Of a DNA stretch of 64,000 nt, positions 58,452 through 64,000 are shown in pieces. The stretch covers positions 2,339 to 66,338 of the forward strand of contig DHHB01000007.1 in NCBI GenBank assembly GCA_002403075.1. The letters are read 5' to 3'. The stretch's first letter is position 1. Every line of letters begins with the position of its first letter. The stretch comes from a bacterium UBP1_UBA4783. Its GTDB lineage: Bacteria; Krumholzibacteriota; Krumholzibacteriia; Krumholzibacteriales; Krumholzibacteriaceae. Both the position numbers and the translations under genes were made by a program. The notes under the pieces were generated by a model. That model was given only the letters and a program-made list of their open reading frames with translations. It had not been told where the DNA came from and ran no database searches.

Positions 58452-59645
58452 ATGCATCGTCGAATCTGCATCCTTTCGGTTCTGATCCTCGCGTTTCTCG
58501 CCGCGTGCGGGCGGAACGAGTCCGTCGAGCCCGCGCCGCCCGGCTCCTCCGCAGCGGCCGTCCCGCCCGAGAAGGCGGTCGTCCACTGGAGATCGTTCGG
58601 CTCGTGGGACGAGGCGACGATCGAAGCGGCCGCCCGAGCCGAAATGATCATCTTCCCCATGGAGCATTGCTTCTCCCCCGAGTCGGAGGGCGTTCTCGGC
58701 GAGCTCCATCGCCTCAATCCCGATATCCGTATCGTCGGCTACCGGAGCATGATGAGCGTTCTCACGCTCTATCCGGACACGGTCTATCTCCGCCGCGTTC
58801 TCCCCTACGTTCTCGACTACTACTACGCGGTGCGGGACGACTGGGCGTGGACGACGACGCAGGACACCGTTCTCATCTGGCGCGATATCGTCATGCTCGA
58901 TCCGATCGTAAACGGCGGGCTCAACACGGGCCTCATCGACAGGATGGTCGACCTCATCGCCGAGTATCAGGACCGAACGGGCGGCGCCGTCGACGGAATC
59001 ATGCACGATTATTTCATGTACGACGCGTACCTCAATCCAACCGTCCGCGAGAGCATGACCGGCGACGTCGATTTCGACGAAGACGGCGTCCGCCACGAGG
59101 ACGACGCCGACGAGCGGGCGCTCTTCTACGAATGGCAGAAGGAGTACGCGCGCGCCATCCGAGCCCGCCTCGGCGACGATTTCATCCAGATCGGCAACGG
59201 CCGTCCGCCGCAGGAGGACGCCGGGCTCGCCGGGCTCATGAACGGCATATTCTACGAGCTCTACCCCAACAACCCGTGGTACGGAACAGACCGGACGGGG
59301 CTGCTGCGTTTGCTCGAGAATCACCGGCCGGGGTACTTGAGGCCGGCGCTCGGACGAACATGGAGCGTGTGCACGAACGAGAAGGGGACGGTGAGCGCCA
59401 ACAACCTCTTCTGCCTCCTTTCGAGCCTGCTCGCCGGCTGCATGTACACCGAGCTTCAAGGCACGTACGTCTTCCTCGGCTGGACGCTCGACGTGGCTCC
59501 CGGAGCGCCGCTCGGCGAGACGGCGGTCGAGGGCGCGATGGACAGCATCCTCACGGTCCGCCGCCCCTTCCGCAACGGCGAGGTTCGCATCAGCTTCCTG
59601 CCCTCGGGACGCCGCGAGGACGCGGTGTTTCAAGCCGCCGAGTAG
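58452..59645 (+). CDS. Lipoprotein, putative TIM-barrel glycoside-hydrolase-like enzyme (GH114/GHL-like).
   Basis: A lipobox (LAFLAACGR). Acidic and aromatic motifs are present (IMHDYFMYDAY, IFYELYPNNPWYG). The family call is tentative and the RBS is weak. Confidence 0.4.
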   Translation: MHRRICILSVLILAFLAACGRNESVEPAPPGSSAAAVPPEKAVVHWRSFGSWDEATIEAAARAEMIIFPMEHCFSPESEGVLGELHRLNPDIRIVGYRSMMSVLTLYPDTVYLRRVLPYVLDYYYAVRDDWAWTTTQDTVLIWRDIVMLDPIVNGGLNTGLIDRMVDLIAEYQDRTGGAVDGIMHDYFMYDAYLNPTVRESMTGDVDFDEDGVRHEDDADERALFYEWQKEYARAIRARLGDDFIQIGNGRPPQEDAGLAGLMNGIFYELYPNNPWYGTDRTGLLRLLENHRPGYLRPALGRTWSVCTNEKGTVSANNLFCLLSSLLAGCMYTELQGTYVFLGWTLDVAPGAPLGETAVEGAMDSILTVRRPFRNGEVRISFLPSGRREDAVFQAAE

Positions 59646-59779
59646 CCTGCCATGCGGCGGCGCGCCGCCTCCCCGAGCCCCCACCCCCCGCGAATGGTAC
59701 GATCCTTGCGAGACGGCGCGTTTTGGAGCGAGTTGCGGCGCCTGTGCGGCCGGTCTCGATCCAAGGAAGGTGCGCTAAC

Positions 59780-60130
59780 GTGGCTTCGAAAAAGACACAT
59801 CGCAACGCGGGCGTCGAAGTGGCGGAGGCGAAGAGCGAGCATAAAAATGCACGGCTCACGATCATTAACAGCTGGTTCGCCGGCCTCGAAATCGCGCTCA
59901 AGAAGAAAAAAACGACCCTCGGCAGAAACCTCCGGTGCGACGTTTGCCTCGACGACTCGCTCGTCTCGGACGAGCACGCGGCGATCGTGAAAACGGAGGA
60001 GGGCTACGTCATCGAGGACCTGAACAGCCGCGGCGGCGTCTCCCTCAACGGCAGAGGCGTGCACCAGCGCAAGCTCAGGAGCGGCGACACGATCGAGATC
60101 GGCTCGTTCAGGATGAAGTTCTCCTGCTGA
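59780..60130 (+). CDS. Small FHA-domain protein.
   Basis: A GTG start with AAGGAAGG upstream. The FHA core is TTLGRNLRCDVCLDDSLVSDEHAAIVKTEEGYVIEDLNSRGGVSLNGRGV...GDTIEIGSFRMKF. Its frame runs on from a longer upstream ORF, so the start is uncertain. Confidence 0.55.
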   Translation: MASKKTHRNAGVEVAEAKSEHKNARLTIINSWFAGLEIALKKKKTTLGRNLRCDVCLDDSLVSDEHAAIVKTEEGYVIEDLNSRGGVSLNGRGVHQRKLRSGDTIEIGSFRMKFSC

Positions 60131-60326
60131 CGATTCCCCGGCCGGAGCGTGCGCGTGCGCGAACGAGGCGATCCGCGCACGCTCCCGGCTCCATCTCCCG
60201 ACCCATTCGAATAATCTGGCGGCCACGGCGGCTTTTTTGGTAATGTGACGCTTCGGGCGGCGCGCCGCGCCGCGCGGAAACGGTCGACCGGTTCGAATCG
60301 AACGCATCCGGGAAAGGCGTGAGGCG

Positions 60327-61640
60327 ATGACCGAGACGACGAAGGCGATCGACGGAATGGGTTCGTTCCCCCGCACGTTCTGGGTCGCCAACGTGATGGA
60401 ACTCTTCGAGCGGGGGGCGTACTACGGCATGGCCTCGGTCCTCGCCGTGTACCTGCGCGCGAGCGCGGCCGAGGGAGGTCTCGGCTTCGACGAAAGCGCC
60501 GTCGGCTTTCTGCAATCGATCGTCATGACGCTCACCTACGTCATGCCGATCCTCGGCGGCGCGCTCGCCGAGCGCTACGGCTACCGGCGATTCCTCATGA
60601 CGGCGTTCTCCATGCTCGCGGTCGGCTATTTCGCGACGGGGCACGTCTCCCGCTACGGCGTCGTGTTCCTGACGCTCCTGCTCGTCGCCGTCGGAAGCGG
60701 CGTCTTCAAGTCGATCCTCTCGGGGACGATCACGCGCACGACGAACGACCGGAACCGTTCTCTCGGTTTCGGGATCTACTACTGGATGATCAACCTCGGA
60801 GCCTTCCTCTCGCCCATTCTCGTGAGCTACCTCAGGGGGTTCAGCTGGTCCTACGTGTTCATCGCCTCGGCGGTCTGGTGCGTCCTCATGCTCGTTCTTA
60901 CCGCCGTGGCGTACAAGGAACCGGAGCGCCCGGCGAGCACGAAGGGGTTCGGACGCGTCGTCTCCGACGCGGCGCTCGTGCTCGGCAACTGGCGCTTCGT
61001 GCTCATGATCGTCGTGTATTCGGGTTTCTGGCTCCTCTACTTCCAGATGTTCCAGACGGTGCTCTGGTACATCGTCGACTTCGTCGACATGACGCCGGCG
61101 GACCGCGTCCTCACCGCCGCGGCCCGGCTCGTGGGAAGCGACGCCGAGATCCGCTTCGACGTCGCCTACGTGACGAGCATCAACGCCGGCACCATCATCC
61201 TTCTTCAGGTGCTCGTGAGCCGCGCGGTGAAGCGCTTCCGCGCGCTGCCCACGATGATCGCCGGCATCGCGATCGGCACGGCCGGCTTCGTGATCTTCGC
61301 TCTCTCGGGGAGCGCCGCCGGGATCGTCGCGGGGATGATCGTCTTTTCGATCGGCGAGATGACCTGCCACCCCAAGTACTTCAGCTACATCGGACAGATC
61401 GCCCCGCGCGACAAGGTGGCCGTGTACATGGGATACTCGTTCCTCTACGGCATCATCGGCAGCCTCGTCGGCAACAACCTCGGAGCGTTTCTCTACAAGA
61501 AGATCGCGAAGGGCGCCGGACAACCGCGGCTCTTCTGGGCGATCTTCGCGGGGATCGGGGCGCTGACGATCGTCGGGCTCCTGCTCTACGACCGTTTTCT
61601 GTCGCCCGAAAGAGGTGAGACGCGGCGTGACGGCGCATAA
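60327..61640 (+). CDS. POT/PTR2-family proton-dependent oligopeptide transporter.
   Basis: FWVANVMELFERGAYYGM is the POT signature. Twelve TM helices. The second POT motif region is present. Confidence 0.85.
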   Translation: MTETTKAIDGMGSFPRTFWVANVMELFERGAYYGMASVLAVYLRASAAEGGLGFDESAVGFLQSIVMTLTYVMPILGGALAERYGYRRFLMTAFSMLAVGYFATGHVSRYGVVFLTLLLVAVGSGVFKSILSGTITRTTNDRNRSLGFGIYYWMINLGAFLSPILVSYLRGFSWSYVFIASAVWCVLMLVLTAVAYKEPERPASTKGFGRVVSDAALVLGNWRFVLMIVVYSGFWLLYFQMFQTVLWYIVDFVDMTPADRVLTAAARLVGSDAEIRFDVAYVTSINAGTIILLQVLVSRAVKRFRALPTMIAGIAIGTAGFVIFALSGSAAGIVAGMIVFSIGEMTCHPKYFSYIGQIAPRDKVAVYMGYSFLYGIIGSLVGNNLGAFLYKKIAKGAGQPRLFWAIFAGIGALTIVGLLLYDRFLSPERGETRRDGA

Positions 61641-62214
61641 CGGCGTTCCGGTCCGGCCGCGGCGGCTTCTCTCCGCCGCGATCACGTGTCTCGCGCTCCT
61701 CGCGGCCGCTTCATGTTCGAGAAACGGCGGGGGAGCCGATCTCAAGCTTCCCGGCGACGTGTACGGCTTCTATCTTGGGGAGACGAAAGAGGAGGTCTTC
61801 GCGCGCGCCGCGGGGCACGCGCGGATCGAGCGCGCTCCCGATCCGCCGCTCGGATACCGCGGAGAGCTGTACAACTTCTCCGCCTCTCTCGACGGGCGCG
61901 GCGAGGTCGATTACGTCCGGTGCGCCTTTTTCGAGGGGCGCCTCATGGAGGTCATCGTCTATTTCCGGGACACCGGCCTCATGAACCTCGAGCTTCAGAA
62001 GGCGAAGCTCGAAAGCGTGTACGAGCGGACGTTCGCGGCGGAGGATCCGTCGCGGGAGATGGCGCAGAAGACCCTCCGCTTTTCGGTCCCCGGCATGTCG
62101 GTGACGCTGAGGCGGATCACGAAGAAGGAGCGGATCGAGCTCTACGTCCAGTTCCTGCACGAGGAGCTTCACGGCCGGCTTCTCGAAAAAGCGTCGAAGC
62201 GCGGGGAACGATAG
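61627..62214 (+). CDS. Lipoprotein of unknown function.
   Basis: GTG 61627 with AAGAGG upstream. The lipobox LLAAASCS is present. The start could be 61615. Confidence 0.45.
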   Translation: MTAHNGVPVRPRRLLSAAITCLALLAAASCSRNGGGADLKLPGDVYGFYLGETKEEVFARAAGHARIERAPDPPLGYRGELYNFSASLDGRGEVDYVRCAFFEGRLMEVIVYFRDTGLMNLELQKAKLESVYERTFAAEDPSREMAQKTLRFSVPGMSVTLRRITKKERIELYVQFLHEELHGRLLEKASKRGER

Positions 62215-62248
62215 ACCGCTCCGGCGCGTTCCGCATGAAATACGAAAC

Positions 62249-62280
62249 GGGGGCCGCTTCGAGGCGGCCCCCGTTTTTTT
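62249..62280. terminator. Bidirectional rho-independent terminator between convergent genes.
   Basis: GGGGGCCGC-TTCGAG-GCGGCCCCC, a perfect 9-bp stem, followed by GTTTTTTT. Confidence 0.75.
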
Positions 62281-62325
62281 GCGGCCGGCGACGCGGCGGC
62301 CGGCGACGGCATCGATCGAAAGACG

Positions 62326-64000
62326 CTATCGTATGAGCACGAGCTTCCTCGTCTCGACGAGCCTTCCCGCCTGAAGCCTGCAGACGTAGATCCCCGAAGC
62401 CGCCGTCGTGCCGGAAACGGTGCGACCGTCCCAGACCGCCTCGTAACGCCCCGGCTCCATATCCTTCGCGAGGAGTACTGCGACCCGGCGTCCGGAGATG
62501 TCGTACACCGATATCTCGACGCGCGAGCGTTTCGCTACGCCGAACGCGATCCGGGTCGACGGATTGAAGGGGTTCGGGTACACGCCGTGTATCGCCGTCA
62601 GGGCCGGCGCCGCTCCGGGGTCTCCGTCGACGGGGGTCGGCACGTACGAGCCGAAGCATCCCGTCCTCGCGCGGTCATGGCGGAACATCGGCCACTGGAG
62701 ATCGCTTTTCGCATAGAGGGCCGCCGGCAGCTCGAAACACTGCAGCTCGTATCCGGGAGCTCCCGCGGCGATCACGAGCTCGACGACGCCGTCGCCGTCG
62801 ATATCGTCCACGGCGACCGAAACAAGCGCCTCGCCGTCGAGCTGGATCGGATAACCGTACGGAGCCGAACCGTCCGCGGAACGCGAGTGGAGGGCCTGCG
62901 AGCCGTCCCCGACGAGGGCCTCGATCCCGCCGCCGATGACGACGGGCGAGGGAACGAACGGCGCCGCGGCCGCCAGGATCTGCGGCCATCCGGTCATAAC
63001 GCCGCCGGTATGGTCGATCGCCGCGAGGGCGGCCCCGGCGGGACCGCGCGACGCGACGACGATCTCGAGGTTCGAATCGGCGTCGAGGTTCGCGAGAGCG
63101 GGGGACGATTCGATCGCGCCCGGCGCCTTTGGCGGCGAGGGCCAGAGCGTGCCGTCGGTTTTCCAGACGAACACCGATCCGTCGAGCCCTCCCGCGACGA
63201 TCTCGAGATCGGTGTACGGATCGAGCACGTCGCCGAGCACCGGATCCGCCGTCACGATCGTGTCGACCGTCACCGGCCACGAGGCGCCGTACGGGGTGCC
63301 GTCCGCGTTGAGCAGATAGACCGTCGAGGAAAACGCGTCGGGAGAGCCGTACGCGATCGCCGCGATCTCGGGCGCGCCGTCGCCGTCGACGTCCCCGGCC
63401 GCGGGCGAGGTGAACGAGCCCGACGACGCGGCGACGGGCCACGATCCGCCGTACGGGGCGCCGCCGCCGCCGAGGGCGACGAGGCTCGATCCGGCGCCGC
63501 AGATGACCTCGCATTTCCCGTCGCCGTCGAGATCGACGAGGGCGGGCGTCGTGAGGACGGGGCTTCCCGTATCGTAATCCCAGAGCTTCGCGCCCAGTCG
63601 ATCGAAGACGTATATCTTTCCGTCCCTTCCGCCGATGACGACCTCCCGGCGATGATCGCCGGTCACGTCCGCGACGGCCGGGGACGAGAACAGCGTGTCG
63701 CCCACGGACGCCGGCCAGCCGGCGAGCTCCGAACCGTCGCTCGCGAGGACGTGGACGGCCCCGTCGTCGGCGCCGATCACGATCTCGAGCGTGGCCGGAT
63801 CGTCGTCGAGGTTCGCGATGGCGGGCGAGGTATGGAATCCGAAGCCCGCCGCGAAGGGCCAGCCCGGCTGCACGGCGAAACGCCAGAGGATCTCGTGGGG
63901 TCCGCTCGCGTTGTTCGCCTCGTCCGTCTCGAGCACCGAATCGCCGTTGTCGGCGCGGAACCACGACGTCCATTTCTCGAATACGACCGCCGTTTCCCGG
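62326..64000 (-). CDS. Secreted FG-GAP/beta-propeller repeat protein with a T9SS-type C-terminal domain. The 5' end lies outside the window.
   Basis: The reading frame stays open to the window edge. Repeats of VIGxxDGxxxVxxxxG...WP type are present. The C-terminus YPNPFNPSTRIAF...VYDISGRRVAVL...SGIYVCRL...LVLIR is a sorting domain. Confidence 0.7.
   Translation of the reverse strand, partial: RETAVVFEKWTSWFRADNGDSVLETDEANNASGPHEILWRFAVQPGWPFAAGFGFHTSPAIANLDDDPATLEIVIGADDGAVHVLASDGSELAGWPASVGDTLFSSPAVADVTGDHRREVVIGGRDGKIYVFDRLGAKLWDYDTGSPVLTTPALVDLDGDGKCEVICGAGSSLVALGGGGAPYGGSWPVAASSGSFTSPAAGDVDGDGAPEIAAIAYGSPDAFSSTVYLLNADGTPYGASWPVTVDTIVTADPVLGDVLDPYTDLEIVAGGLDGSVFVWKTDGTLWPSPPKAPGAIESSPALANLDADSNLEIVVASRGPAGAALAAIDHTGGVMTGWPQILAAAAPFVPSPVVIGGGIEALVGDGSQALHSRSADGSAPYGYPIQLDGEALVSVAVDDIDGDGVVELVIAAGAPGYELQCFELPAALYAKSDLQWPMFRHDRARTGCFGSYVPTPVDGDPGAAPALTAIHGVYPNPFNPSTRIAFGVAKRSRVEISVYDISGRRVAVLLAKDMEPGRYEAVWDGRTVSGTTAASGIYVCRLQAGRLVETRKLVLIR

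Overview
This is high-GC (about 65-70%) bacterial chromosomal DNA, densely coded on both strands, with no rRNA, tRNA, CRISPR array or transposase that I could recognise. By gene content it looks like an uncultivated lineage, since it mixes PEP-CTERM/exosortase components with many proteins that end in T9SS/FlgD-Ig-like C-terminal sorting domains; that taxonomic guess is inference. Most of the very long reverse-frame ORFs in the six-frame track are high-GC artefacts, so I re-derived start codons from RBS context and N-terminal conservation.

Layout, left to right:
- 1-8.5 kb: a NuoF-like flavoprotein (truncated at the left edge) and a 1229-aa NuoG/FdhA-like Fe-S protein with an inserted GltD-like NAD(P)H:FAD domain, followed by a cytoplasmic PAS histidine kinase and an NtrC-architecture response regulator whose AAA+ domain is degenerate.
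- 8.4-15 kb, minus-strand gene string: split ADP-forming acyl-CoA synthetase (alpha and beta), an SxtJ-like membrane protein, a NodU/CmcH-family carbamoyltransferase and a TolB-propeller S9 peptidase.
- 15-31 kb, housekeeping and envelope genes: macro-domain protein, def, a PurF-like gene, RluA-family pseudouridine synthase, M29-like aminopeptidase, htpX, lemA, an AsmA-family protein, a radical SAM enzyme next to an internally duplicated Cys-rich lipoprotein, and hutH.
- 31-47 kb, secreted hydrolases: an S8 subtilase, a C25 gingipain-like peptidase and other secreted proteins with T9SS-type C-terminal domains, two paralogous beta-helix lipoproteins and a GT4 glycosyltransferase.
- 47-49 kb: two tandem paralogous genes for 186-aa secreted proteins, each with its own hairpin terminator.
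- 49-57.5 kb, a complete PEP-CTERM/exosortase module: an AT-rich regulatory region with a near-consensus sigma54 promoter, one PEP-CTERM protein, an exosortase, EpsI, a membrane protein, a TPR lipoprotein, a PrsK-like kinase and a PrsR-like sigma54 activator.
- 57.5-64 kb: lipoproteins, a small FHA protein, a POT peptide transporter and a T9SS-C-terminal-domain beta-propeller protein truncated at the right edge.

The most interesting candidates are the sigma54/PrsKR-controlled exosortase locus with a single substrate gene, the out-of-frame overlap of exosortase and EpsI across an A7 run, the tandem secreted paralogs, the radical SAM plus Cys-rich repeat lipoprotein pair, and the degenerate enhancer-binding-protein regulator next to the NuoF/NuoG-like genes.
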